The notes under the pieces are model-generated. The model was not told the origin of the DNA. It saw nothing but the letters and a program-made list of their open reading frames with translations, and ran no database searches. Positions 1 through 13,691 of a stretch of DNA of 64,000 nt are shown here, piece by piece (the first letter of the stretch is position 1; each line of letters opens with the position of its first letter). Origin of the DNA: Bugula neritina (Eukaryota; Animalia; Bryozoa); NCBI GenBank assembly GCA_964035545.1, contig OZ037772.1, forward strand, positions 3,253,538-3,317,537, read 5' to 3'. The position numbers and the translations under genes were made by a program.

Positions 1-3000
1 TAAACCACGGGTGAAACCCCCGCCGTACAGGAGACCTTTGTCATAGGCCAACTGGAAGAAGATGCTATCCTCGGAATGCCCTTCTTGAAGCAACACCAGT
101 GCCAAATAGACTTTAGTAAGTCGGTGGTGCTGATGGGCGGGCGAGAACTCGCCTGTATGGATAAGTTTGGGCGTCCTCTGGTGGGCGGTGTTCAGGTAGT
201 TCGAAACTGCACCGTGCCTGGACGCTCCAGAGCTACTATCCACTGCCGAGTGAACAGCAACCGGATAGCCAGGCTCGGGGTCGTTGAAGGCGCGCACGAA
301 AGGATCCAACTCGCCAGTAGTTTAAACTGACTAACTGAGCGAGGGGAGGTCTTAATGCAGTGTGTCAACCCCTTTACCGAGCCCATTGAGCTCCCAGCTG
401 GGTCAATGCTGGGCCGGTTCCACTCCGTACAGGAAGAGGACGTGGGCCCGTCGCTGGGTGACGCGACGGAGACACCCCCTCGACACCCTACTCAGGGGCA
501 AGGGGCAGTTCCAACACATCTCCGGGAGTTATATGAAACAGCCTGTGGCGGCTGCGCGAGCAACAAGGAACGCCAAGCGATGGCGAAGTTGCTACGCGAC
601 TACGGTGATGTGTTCAGCAGCGGAGATCATGACGTGGGGCTGACTGGAATTGTCAGACACGAAATACCGCTGACTGCAGGGACAGTCCGTGTCCGGCAAC
701 CCACACGCAGGCTGGGACCGGAAAAAGAGAAGGAGGTTAGCCGACAAGTACGGGATCTTCTAAACCGCGGCCTCATAGAGCCCTCCCATAGTGCGTGGAG
801 CTCACCGGTCGTACTGGTCCGGAAGAAAGACGGCAGTTGGCGGTTCTGTGTGGATTACCGTAAACTCAATAACGTAACCATACAGGACGCCTACCCTCTA
901 CCTCGTATTGACGAGTCCTTGGACGCCCTAGCCGGCAGCAAGTACTTCAGTACATTAGACTTGCTGAGTGGCTATTGGCAAGTCCCTCTGAGTCCCGACG
1001 CCCAGGAGAAAGCGGCGTTTATCACACGGGACGGGTTGTGGAAGTGGAAGGTGCTGCCCTTCGGGTTAACCTCCGCCCCAGCCACCTTCCAGAGGCTGAT
1101 GGAGCAAGTCCTTAGCGGGCTCCATTGGAAGACACTGCTGGTCTACCTCGATGATGTCATCGTAATCTCCCCAGACTTCGAGACACATGTCAGTCGTCTG
1201 CAGGAGGTTTTCGAGAGACTCCGAGGTGCCGGTCGTAAGCTCAAACCTTCCAAGTGTGCTCTATTGCAGCCGGAGGTCAAGTACCTGGGGCACGTTGTCG
1301 GTCGAAACGGCGTGGCAACGGATCCCGAAAAGGTACGGGCGATAGAAGACTGGGTCACCCCCCAAGACTTGACCGGGCTTTCTTGGGGCTGGTAGGGTAT
1401 TACAGGCAATACATACCAGACTTTGCGGGCATAGCACAGCCGGTAAACCGGCTCACCGCCAAGGGAGTGACGTGGCAGTGGACCCCAGTCGAACAAGGAG
1501 CGTTCGACCGCCTCAAGGGCTGCCTACTAACGGCCCCCATCTTGGCCTACCCAGACCCCACTCTGGAGTACATCCTCGACACAGACGCCAGTGACCAAAA
1601 TGTTGGCGCTGTGTTGTCCCAAGTGCAGGAAGGCCGAGAGGTAGTAGTAGCCTACTACAGCAAGTCTCTCTCACCCGCTGAACGAAATTACTGCACTACC
1701 CGCAAGGAGCTGTTGGCAGTAATCAAGTCAGTGAAGCACTTCAGACCATACTTATACGGCAGGAAGTTCCGGCTGCGTACGGATCATGCCTCGCTGATCT
1801 GGTTGTGTAAGAGAGCAGAGCCCTCCAGTCAATTTGCCCGGTGGCTCGAAATCTTAGCTGAATTCTCCTACCGCATCGAACATCGACCGGGCAAGAGGCA
1901 CAGCAATGCGGATGGGTTGAGCCGCCGACCTGACGAAGGTTGCAAACAGTGTCTCAACATCAAGAGGAGGGACGGAGGTCCCCGCGATGTGAGTTAGAGA
2001 CGCTGGCTCGCCATGGAGCACCGTTTGACTGGGACCAGGGTCAACTCAGACAGGAGGTTGACGAGTCCCCGGAGGTTGTACAAAACCTCCGCGCCAACCC
2101 TGTACTGGCCGATAATGTCCGAGAGCTGAAGAAGCTCCAGGAAGAGCTACCTGGAGTAGTGGCAAACATATATCGGGCCAAAAGGGACGGGCGACGACCC
2201 AGTGAGGAACGCATAACACAGGGATGCGCCGAGTTCCGGCTGTACTGTCAGCGTTGGGACTCGCTGCGGATCGGGCCGGATGGGTTGCTAACCATCTCTC
2301 TAGCCGCCAGCGGCAGACACCCGGAGAGGAAGAGGGTAGTCTGCCCCACTGCCATCCGCCGTGAGTTGATTTGGGATACTCACAAACAGGCCCACGCAGG
2401 GGTCAAGGGAGTGATATCCAAATTACGACTCCGGTGGTATTGGCCACAAATGGCTCAGAGTCAAACAGTGCGAGGTCTGCCAGGCCAGTAAGCATAGCCG
2501 CCCCCCTGGTGAAACAGGACGGCGGAGGCTATATGCTGGAAAGCCCTGGCAAGCAGTTGCTGTAGACCTGGTCAGACCCATGCTCCTGACCCCCAGAGGC
2601 AATAGTTGGATCTTAGTACTAACCGACCATTTTACTAGGTGGGCGGATGCTCTGGCTATCCCAGATGCGTCAGCCCCAACAGTGGCCAGGGCACTAGACC
2701 AACATGTATTCTGTTATTTTGGTCTCCCCGAACAGATACACTCTCACCAAGGCACTCAATTCCAGTCTCAACTGATGAGCGACCTTTGCCACCTCTGAGG
2801 AATAAATCAGAGTCGGACCACCCCCTACCACCCTCAAGGTAACGGGGTGGTGGAGCGCAACAACCGGATGCTAGGTGATGCGCTCCGGAGTCTCCTCCTC
2901 GGACGAGGCCAAGAGGAATGGGATACGGTGTTGCAGCAAGTCATGCGTGCATACCGTAGCACCCCACACACCAGTACTGGTGAGACCCCAAACCTCTTGA

Positions 3001-3702
3001 TACTCGGGAGAGAGACTCATGTCCCTGACCATCTTACCTGCCACGTTCCAGAGCAAGACAACTCGGTTCACGAGTATGCCAGTGAACTAGTGGAACGGAT
3101 GAAGGCCGCACACGATATACTGCGCGAACAGCAGTGGAAGGTGCGGCACGAAGATTCCGATGAACCACCTCTCTACCAAACGGGAGATAAGGTGTGGATG
3201 GTCAATTACCGTAGGCGTCGCGGACAGGCTGACAAACTAAAGCCTAAGTTCGTAGGACCCTACGTGATCGTCGAGGCTATGCCCAATCATACGTACAAGA
3301 TTGAGCGCTCAGGACAGGTGTCTATCCAGAATGAGTCTCGCTTGAAACCGTATTGGGCTAGCCCCGACGGAGTGGAAGAAGCCCCCCCCCCCGTTGTTGG
3401 AGCCCAGGAGGCAGACAACAACACGCGGGCGACGGCGGCATGGACCTGAATACGAAGTGGTCATACCGCGGGAAGAAAACTTGGTGAGAGAGGAGCGGCA
3501 GCTTTTGCCAACGGAGGCGTGTCCGCCACTGCCAAGTCTAATTCCATCACTTCCGGAAACCGAGCCGGTTCCGGAAGTGCAAACCCCCACGGAGGGAGGG
3601 GCTCCATCCGGAGAACAAAAAGAGGTGACCGCTAACGGTGAAGTAGAGACGCCATTAGAGGCCCCTACTAACGAACCGGCGAGCGTGTCACCCCCCCTAG
3701 AA
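1..3702 (+). pseudogene. pol: Disrupted pol of Gypsy copy 1
   Basis: Split over ORFs 76-330, 355-1395, 1254-1997, 1940-2491, 2580-2798, 2847-3449 and 3394-3708 by stops and frameshifts; the protease DSG motif is deleted at about position 26. Confidence 0.93.
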
Positions 3703-4210
3703 TCGTGATTATCTACTGCGTCACCAACGCACTATGCAGTGTTTTCAAGGACACGTCTATGAAGTAGACCAAGCATCATATCCCGCATTCCTTAACGCCA
3801 TCAGACCCCTCATCACTGACTCAGCTCGGCTGTCTCGCCTGGAGCAAGGCTTTCCCTCCCCTCGACCCATCATCTCTGAAACCATGGATAAGCCTACAAA
3901 ATCAACTAACTCCCCACCTCCCAGTCCTATACGTCAACCACATACACTTCCGCGTGTCGTACTACAGAGAGTAGACACAAAGGCGTATACACTCCCTCCC
4001 CCACTTCCATTTTCAGAACGGAAACGACACAGACAGCAGTCCTGCTCTCGTTCATCCCCTCTGGCCCGCAACTTACGTGAAGTAGAAGCTAGGGCCCGTG
4101 ACCTGGAGCAGGAAGTGTATAAACTGGCACCGCGCGTGCATGCTGCATCCAGTGAGCTCAAGTATCTACAGGAATCTATTAAACGCATGAGGCAGGCGGC
4201 CCACGACTAA
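3703..4210 (+). pseudogene. C-terminal remnant of the zinc-finger/coiled-coil accessory ORF3
   Basis: ORF 3734-4210 matches the C-terminal part of 54350-55423; about 916 bp upstream is deleted relative to copy 2. Confidence 0.9.
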
Positions 4211-4487
4211 CATGAGTCCATCTCCAACTCCATACCACTCTTCCCCCCCTACCTCTCTGTGGCATTCCCCCACAATACGGTGGCACGTATTCTACATGTA
4301 AATAGGACTTTCTTTTACATACTTGTATCATTCATTGTGCATATAAATTTTTATATATACCTGTGTCTCTAATCAGTTGGCTTTTGTATATACTTTTGTA
4401 TCATTCTCTCTTTGCCCACTGATGTATAAGTTTTTTTATGTGAATTATATTTTTATCAGAAAGAGGGCTTTCTGCTGGAGGGGGCAG

Positions 4488-4792
4488 TGTGGTGGCTCGT
4501 AGAGCTACCAGCAACACGATACGCAAGGTTGCGTGTTGACCCGGAACGATATACTAGCCAATTAGCTAAGCTGCTTATGAGTAATAGTAGCAGCTTCGCG
4601 CTACTAGCCCAGTTGAGGATAGTGCTGTATATTAAATAGACGTGTGTATTATTACTGTTGTATATTAGATTTTATTATGTATTATTGTATTAAAATATAA
4701 CGATATCTACTCGACTTATCTCGGTGAAGTTTCTCTAGTGATAAATAGACTCTCTTGGTTGCACATCGACCCTAAATCTGAAAATCATAACA
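4488..4792 (+). repeat. 3' LTR of Gypsy copy 1
   Basis: TGTGGTGG...ATAACA preceded by polypurine tract GGAGGGGGCAG; similar to the LTRs at 48553 and 55688. Confidence 0.93.
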
Positions 4793-6770
4793 ATATTATG
4801 TTATACAGTATATTATGTTATACAGTATACTATGTTATACAGTATATTATGTTATACAGTACACAGGATAGTTAAGGGCAACCTTTTAGCTGCAACTGCC
4901 TTGCTGGGGTTTGCATTGTAATCATATAAGAATTCAGTACCAGTAAAATAAAATCTCACCTAATTGTGCTAGAGTCAAAATTTAAAAACTATGTTGTAGA
5001 TCTTCTTTTTCTCCAGGGTAACTTTTTGGAAATTTCAATTTTAATTTTTTTTGCAAAGTTATAGACAAAAAACTGCCCAATTTTGGCCAATTTTGCCTGA
5101 AAAGCTGACTTTTCAGTACCAGTAAAATATCTCAGCAGCAAAGCATGATATCTGAATAAAAATTGCACTGCTGGAATCCTGAGATATTTCTCCAGGGTAA
5201 GTTTTTTTCTTTTTCCAATAACTCTTCTATATTGCCCACAAACTGGTGATTTATACACTGAAAATGCCATATTTTTTCATAGTAAATTAGCAGCACGCAG
5301 TGCTTCACGCTTCAATGAGCACATAGGGATGAGAAGATATTGGCGCGTACATGCTAATTACAGGCTTGCTAGCCGGCAGGCTATAATGAATAGCTTGCTT
5401 GGTACTTTGTTTATGTAGCGCCTATAATGGAATGTTGATAGATAACGCAGCCCTAATGAAGGTTGCTGCTTATTGGTTGTAGTTTGATCTTAGGCTAAAC
5501 AATTGCAAGTAGGCAACACGCATGTCGCCCGCAGAGTAGTATTATTCAAGAACCTAAACTACATTTTGGGAGAAATTTATGATATTCTTAGTGAGGATGC
5601 CCTTAACTATCATGTGTATACTATGTTATACAGTATATTATGTTATACAGTATATTATGTTATACAGTATACTATGTTATACAGTATATTATGTTATACA
5701 GTACGTTATGTTATACAGTATAATATGTTATACAGTATATTATGTTATACAGTATAATATGTTATACAGTATACTATGTTATACAGTATACTATGTTATA
5801 CAGTATAATATGTTATACAGTATACTATGTTATACAGTATACTATGTTATACAGTATAATATGTTATACAGTATAATATGTTATACAGTATAATATGTTA
5901 TACAGCATATTAAGTTATACAGTATACTATGTTATACAGTATACTATGTTATACAGTATCTTATGTTATACAGTATATTATGTTATACAGTATACTATGT
6001 TATACAGTATATTATGTTATACAGTATATTATGTTATACAGTATATTATGTTATACAGTATATTATGTTATACAGTGTACTATGTTATACAGTATACTAT
6101 GTCATACAGTATACTATGTCATACAGTATACTATGTCATACAGTATACTATGTCATACAGTATACTATGTTATACAGTATATTATGTTATACAGTGTACT
6201 ATGTTATACAGTATACTATGTTATACAGTATATTATGTTATACAGTATACTATGTTATACAGTATATTATGTTATACAGTATACTATGCTATACAGTATA
6301 CTATGTTATACAGTATACTATGTTATACAGTATACTATGTTATACAGTATACTATGTTATACAGTATATTATGTTATACAGTGTACTGTGTTATACAGTA
6401 TACTATGTTATACAGTATATTATGTTATACAGTATACTATGTTATACAGTATATTATGTTATACAGTATACTATGCTATACAGTATATTATGTTATACAG
6501 TATACTATGTTATACAGTATACTATGTTATACAGTATACTATGTTATACAGTATATTATGTTTTACAGTATACTATGTTATACAGTATACTATGTTATAC
6601 AGTATACTATGTTATACAGTATATACTATGTTATACAGTATATACTATGTTATACAGTATATACTATGTTATACAGTATATTATGTTATACAGTAGACTA
6701 TGTTATACAGTAGACTATGTTATACAGTAGACTATGTTATACAGTAGACTATGTTATACAGTATATTATG
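4793..6770. repeat. 17-bp minisatellite (TATACTATGTTATACAG)n, interrupted by a MITE
   Basis: Direct tandem repeat; explains the spurious MLYSILCYTVYYVIQY ORFs. Confidence 0.97.
4862..5616. mobile_element. 755-bp MITE with TA target duplication (Tc1/mariner-like)
   Basis: 19-bp TIR CACAGGATAGTTAAGGGCA / TGCCCTTAACTATCATGTG (1 mismatch), TA on both sides, inserted in the satellite. Confidence 0.85.
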
Positions 6771-6904
6771 CTATAATAATCAACATACAAATGAGATGCT
6801 CTTGTCAGTCTATAATGATGCATATTATACACTGGAACTGGGTTACTCTCTCACCTCCCCTCACTGCAGCTCAGCTAGACCAGATCTTCCCAAGTGATGA
6901 AGAT

Positions 6905-7380
6905 TTTTTGTCTAAAAATTTCACAGTTTGTTATCAGCTCTTTGAGCTCTTGCCTTGTTTTCAAGATTACATGCACTGCATATGTATAACTATAACTCCT
7001 TCATTTTATGTAGTTCATTTATTTATCCACACTACACTCTACAATCTGCATTTACTTCTACATCCATGTGTCTAATATTCACTCTACTTTAGCTGCTATA
7101 CCTGTCCTACTATGAATGAAGGTTCGGAAGTTTTAATTGGAAGCAAAACCAACAGGAAGTTTAAGCAGCAATGCAAGCTCATTTCTATAAACTATACACA
7201 CTGCATACATATAGTGGATATATTTCCTGTGTTCCAGTGCAATCATCACATCATCGCTCTTCATTATAGCAGCATCAATCCTTTCAAAGCTGAACTCAAG
7301 TTGTGACCTTGACATAATTCTATGATACAACTATGATCCTCACACTCAATAAATTATTAGAAAAAGAACCTGTTCCAGAG
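6905..7380 (-). mobile_element. Inverted partial copy of the hAT-like element at 31021-32437
   Basis: Reverse complement matches about 31120-31250 and 32050-32375; ends approximate. Confidence 0.7.
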
Positions 7381-10300
7381 ATATCTTTCAAAAAGCATTT
7401 CTGCAAATATATTTGAACTTTTAACATTATTTGACAGTCACAGTTACTTTAAGGTCATGCTTTTCAGTTTCTGGCTCTTTGCCAGGTGCTTTATGTTCTA
7501 TATGAACAATGTTCCACTGATAGCTCGAACAGGTTGAATGTCACAAGAACAAAAAAAATATGAAAAGATAAAGAAACTTATGTTTTCCCATATACTTTTT
7601 ATTTTTTTCAAAAGCCAATTCATGTTTAAGTTATAGCTTGTTGAAAAACATAGTTCCCCTTCCACATTCTTTGTAATTTATACGCTCCTGACTTGTTATT
7701 GTATATCTTAATATGCCTTGTATTTGAGTGCTCGTTAGTCTCGCTTCACTAACTCTGCCTATACTTCACAAGTGCTGGTGCTGCTGGCTCAAAACCCGAT
7801 CTAGTATTCCTAGGTTGGTTGGCCTAAATAAAACAATATTCAAATCACGATTTCATGTTTTAAAAATTTACTCAATTCTAATCTGCTGCCTAGCTAGTTT
7901 TTTTTATGTATAATTACAAAATTTGGGATACATTTTTTTGGAAACCATCCGAGATATAAAACGCAGTCATAGTACTTATAATATTATATTATTATCATTA
8001 TAATATATTATGTAGTATTATGTGTGTTTTTATTACACTGCATAATATATATTTTATTATTGTTGTTGTGCAAACAAGTGCAACTAACCTAGTTTTCAAA
8101 ATGTACCTCTAAATTATCAGAATATCAATTTAGATATTTTCATACTTTGTTAGGTAAACCTAAAAAAAGAGGCTGTATTCCCAAAGTAAAGGGTGTTGAA
8201 CTATGAACTATATTAGATTAGCCACTCTGCTACCAAGTGCATCAGTATAATATTGTATGAATAGCTCTGATGCTTTGTCTCCGGTGGCTGGCTGCGATAT
8301 GATAACTTGGCCAACTTCCAAGAGTTTAAAATTGGCGCAGTGATAGTAACCTTGCTATTGACAGTACTTATTACAACTGCCAGCATATAAGCTGCATTGT
8401 AGAATGCCATTGGGGTAGGCTAGTAAAACCAAATTCTGCTCTCTAATATACCTTAGACACAATGCAGCAACATAATTTTTAGTTTCAAGTTACATTGCCA
8501 CCCTTACATGAGCTGTTGGCTTCATAAAGATTCATATGATTAGAGATTTATGCTATAGGCCCTACCTGTGCTAGTGTATGATGAAAATAACACACCATTG
8601 TCAAAGTTAACTTCAAGTATGTTGTTTTCAGAAACTCAGTATTGTCCATTTATCTCTCGCATACAAATACTTATGTAATAGCATACAGTTTAAGTTTTAT
8701 TTTAGAGCACACCTGCAAACACAGCATAGTTAAGGTCATCCCCAGCAAAGAATCATCTCATAATCTAGTCTCAGTTCTTATATGCTAATGCTCTGTGGGC
8801 GGCATGCGTATTGCCTACTTGTTATAATTTAGCATGAGGTTGAACAATTGCTAACAAACCATCACATTAGCTAGGGCTGCGCCTATCTTTCCATTGCAAC
8901 TATTATCACTATCTATTGAGCAAGTATGTGGTCGTGGCACGCCTCAGCATCACATTATTATTACATCAGGCTGGTGCATGGCTCATTTCATGGACAATAT
9001 ACTTGATGCACAAAACAGATGATTTTCATAACTTCTGTTCAGCAAACAATGTAAAACTATTTCAGATTCTGGAAGCAAGCTAAATGTTTATACTTTTACT
9101 CAATATTTATCTATTTGGCTAGTCTAATGAAATAATTATTGACTATAACTTTTGAAATGATAATGCAGATATTATTTAAATAACTTAGAATGCAGATGCA
9201 ACAAATAGTTTAGAGAGATGCTCTTTTCTCAAAACATAATGTTTTCAGGCTAGACTATTTATATATATCTGCTCAATACTATTGACTGACCTTAAACCAA
9301 TAATACCTTTATTATTAAAATCAACTTTATTTGCATTAACTAAAAACTAAAATTGACTTCTTAGTGCTGACTCTTACCATCAGTTACAGACAGCCCAATA
9401 GCTTAGCATAGTAAAGAGACTTGTGTAGGTAAGATAGTTATGTGTGTACGAATTTATTGGTAGCTGTAAGGGGCAGATATGCGGTATTTTGTGTGACTGC
9501 TTTGAGTTTGGGTAAAGAATTTGATTGCTGCAAATTTCTAATAAAGCTATAGTACTTGTGTTGTCCCTTTGGTACTAGTACAAGCATTAATCAACACTCA
9601 TTGAAGTGAGTTGGAACTTATATATAAAAGGTTAAAACGTGAGCCTGTGCTATAAATATTCTATTTGCTTCCTGTTGTATACAGTCTAAACTCTGAAGAG
9701 TCCAATCAAGCCTACATGGCTTCTAGCTGAATGTCCAAATTGACTATGAGCTATATCTTGTTGCTCAACACTGGGCTACTGGGCACTGCTGGCAACTGCT
9801 AACGCCGTGTTCACTCAAGCATGATATTATGGACTTGTATGCCAACTCAGAGCCAAGATTATCAACTGTTTTATGTTTCTAAATTTAGCATCTAATAGAA
9901 AAAGCTGTGTCTAGTTAGACTGACTGACACCATGCTTGCCTGAGTTAAACAGTCAAGATGAAAAGTTTTAATCTTAGCTAGGCAAGTATTGAGATTTTGA
10001 AAAGAAAGCCTCCTTAAGATAAGATAAAAGATATCCATTGAGGATTCAGATTTTTTCTAGTCTCATAGGTGTCATTTAATCAGCTCAAATATTAGCAATG
10101 CATTAGCCTATCTGCCATATTTTGATACTGCAGATATAACATTCCATAACAACAATTGACTTAAGAATTTAGACATGTGTAACAAATCAACCAGATTTAT
10201 TTAAACACTAAATAGCCATTACTAAAGATCACAACAAAAATCAGTGTGGATCTTAAAGCATAACATAATTATTTTATATCTGTATGATCAGGCATAGAAG

Positions 10301-13216
10301 TAACAAGTTCAATAAATAAATTGAACATGCAGAAGGTATAGCAGCTGTGAACTATTGTGAAGGAGCAAGTCAGGTTTTTTTTTATAGAAATACATCCTAT
10401 ACGTATATTACAAACATGGGGGAAATAATAGGTTAGTTTCCTAATTGTTTTTCTCAAACGCTAAATAATGAATAATGGCAAGACTGACTTTGTAAAGAAG
10501 CAGAATCTTTAGAAAATCAAGCTGCAAAAGCCTAACCAAAAGACACATTGCTAGGGTAATTAGTCAAATCGATTATTTTAAGTTTAATTTTAGTTTTTAT
10601 ATCCTTTGATAAAAGTCCTATTTCCACAGGTAGTCTTGAGATATAGCCTATAGGTGTCAATTGTAGAGTATTATCCTTTTTGAATATAAAAAAAAGAGTA
10701 TAGTGGAGTAGAGAATCTAAAGATCCTATAAGAGCTGCAGCTGACATTATAGAAAGGATGTCCTAAGAAGACATACTAGCATTTCTTTTGACAAAACCTG
10801 ATCATCTAGTAGTCCACTTCATCTAAAATACAAATACCAGTTTTCTCAATACATGCAAAAGTAATTTCCAACATTTTCAATTTGAATTAACATGCTCCTA
10901 CACCACAGTTGGTACTATAATAGTCTATATTTTGTAACATCTACTTATACCGTAATTACATAAAAGCTACTGGTAACTGTTTAAAAGACACAGCTCATAA
11001 TTACAATTATTACGTTGAATGCTCCCTTAAGATTGCATTTTTCAAATAATTCCCCATTATATATGGCCTACATGATGACTATACAATTCTTTTGAAACAT
11101 ATGCATTGCTTATATTTTAAGTTGGTCACTCAATGTAAATGTAATTTGGTATGCTGCAAGTATAAGTACAATTAGAATTACTAAACAGAAACTCTTCAGT
11201 GCAAAAATATATTTTCTATGTGACTATACTCATCCACAGAACCCTAAATAATTTGAAAAAAGTTATGGCTAGCAATAAATTTGAATAATTTTCTTAAAGT
11301 TAATTACATAATTATAATAATAAAACCAACTGACAATTTTGATCTAGTTTTACATCACTATGACTATTAGTATTACTATGCATTTATTGAACATAAAACT
11401 CTAACTTGAAGTTTAGCGATACTGCACAATGCTAATACTAATAGTAATAATAATACAGTTATAATAGTAATAGTAATACACAGTATAGGCCTACTGTAAT
11501 ATACTAATAGTACAACTATACAAATACTATAAAAATCAAGTATAATTGTTAAATTATTGCTTGCAAGCAATATAAAATAAAAATATGTGAATTTGCTGAA
11601 GGAGGCAGTAGTACTAGTACTCACTTACCCTTGAAGTTAAACTCCTAAAGTTAATCAAAGTACACACCTTCATCCTAGGTTCGAGAGGTAAGAGATGTTC
11701 TTCACTCAATTTTATCATGATAATCCCATCGCCAGTTGGCACGTTCGCTTTGCAGATTGTAATTTAATATTGAATATTTTATTTACTGAGCTAGCTTTTA
11801 CTAGTAACATATCAATCTGGGCGAGATCAGTAACGCTTAGCTACGTATTATATTACACAGGGCGGTTTATTTGAAGGCAGCGCACTGCAGCTGTGGAATG
11901 ACTAGGGTAGCCTATCAAGGAGTGGATGTAATTTATAAACGTTCTACGTGCTTTTTGAAAGCATTATAGTGATAACATGCAATTTAGTCATTGATATAAA
12001 ATTAAAGTTATTGTTTTAAAAATAATAATTTACTTAAAAAAACAGTTATTTATTTATTTTATTATTGCTTTTTAAAAAAAAATAATTGGGAAGGTTTTAA
12101 ACACCCCTAATAATACCACAACTATACTCCACTCCTTTAGTTGTAACCTAATTAGATTAGAAGTCACATCTTCAATGCAAACAAGCTAGGCTTAGTATTT
12201 CTGAGGTCTGTATACTGCTGCATTAGCTTTAAAGTTTAAACTGTAGTGAAGCTCTTACTGAATTAGTAGACTGAAAGTGCAAAACCTAGTAAGCTACCAA
12301 CACTATAAATTGTTATAAGCGAGTAAAGGAAATGAACAGTATATTATGTGTACAGAAACTTGTACTCAAATACACAAACACCATAGTTATAGTTATTTGA
12401 GATGCAGTTGTATTAAAAAAAAATTGTGAATTGAATACTCATTATAGACATTACATCATGCTGAATCGGGTTACATATTTGACTATATTTAAAGCTGTTT
12501 TTATAAAATAACTTAACTATGTTACTTATCAGTGACAAGTAATATAGCATTTAAATTCAAACCATGAGCTTATTTCAGCTAAAAATAGCAGCACCTTGTC
12601 ACTGCACATGAATGGCTGGCCACTGTTTGAGCCATTAGCAAAATTGCTTACAGCTATTGCAAGCCTGCTACATGCAAGAATTATGTATATCAATCAGAAA
12701 CTTCTTATTCAATTGCAAGCATACCAGAATTGTATTACCATGATATAAAAAGTTGCCTACATATATAGGTGCAATAGTAGAAAAGCTTAAACAGCCTAAA
12801 TTTGTCAAAAGATGCTAATTTGAGAACAGGTTGAAATCCTCTCTAAACTTTTTTTGCTGCATCTCAACATAGGGTCTAATTTATCAATATCCTCATTACT
12901 ATAACACATACCTCATACTTGGTATACTCATGCACCTGGTAATAAGATTACTTTTAAAATAAAGTTATGTAATTACTACTCAATTGATTAAAAATTTCCT
13001 CCAACAATTTTTGTAGATTCTGAATTGTTTTAATATTTTGCATTAACAATACAATAAGCTTGGTTACAAATAATATATTATTAATTTAATTTAGATTGCT
13101 GTACAGAACCACAAAATAATGTGATTTAAAATCACACACAAAAGCTATAAAACTTAGTGGCTATTACCTCTCATTAGCATTATAAGGTGCTTGGGCTCTC
13201 ATGCAAGCTGTATAAT

Positions 13217-13691
13217 TGTTATGATGGGTTTTACTAATTTTGAGTATCGTAAACTCACCGAGTAATATATGTAATGCGGCCTTGGGGTGAGCTCGGGTCG
13301 GTGTGCAGTTACGGGTTGATAGCTTGGCTGCGAGGTAACTCCAGTTCCTGTCCGTCTGGTAGGGGTGAAGTTGAGACTCCGGGTTAGAGTAGTTGGCTGG
13401 TGGTGCTCCTCGGTCTATGGTCCTGAGCTAGCACTCACAGACGTACTCTAACACATTCTAATTAGGTTGCATACGTTCTATATAACTATTCTCAATTATT
13501 CCTCAATCAGTCTCAAGACTCTCCATTCTCCCATTTTCACTAGGTTATATAGCTATAACACTCACACAAGCCACACCCACGCTATAAGTAGTATTAATGT
13601 CAAACTTAGAGTTGTGCACCCCACACACACATGCAACAACAAGAGATGACAACTACACATATTTATAACACTTGTAAATCCAGATATAACA
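13217..13691 (-). repeat. 3' LTR, 475 bp
   Basis: Direct repeat of 21424-21898. Confidence 0.95.

Larger units (their letters stand above)
1..4792 (+). mobile_element. Ty3/Gypsy LTR retrotransposon copy 1, degenerate, 5' end outside the window
   Basis: RT (LPRIDE, LPFGL, YLDD), RNase H (DTDASD, ELLA), integrase (WADAL, VER, GPY) in Gypsy order; polypurine tract then TG...CA LTR followed by ATAT; closely similar to 48553-55991. Confidence 0.95.

Noticed and set aside
5503-6730. Long ORFs of MLYSILCYTVYYVIQY repeats
   Set aside because: Translation of a 17-bp satellite, open in all three frames
8734-13216. Possible degraded Kolobok transposase or KolX coding sequence
   Set aside because: Only vague fragments and a lone splice donor; no motif I can support
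13217-13691. Retrozyme (hammerhead ribozyme in the LTR)
   Set aside because: No CTGANGA...GAAA core with flanking stems was seen on either strand
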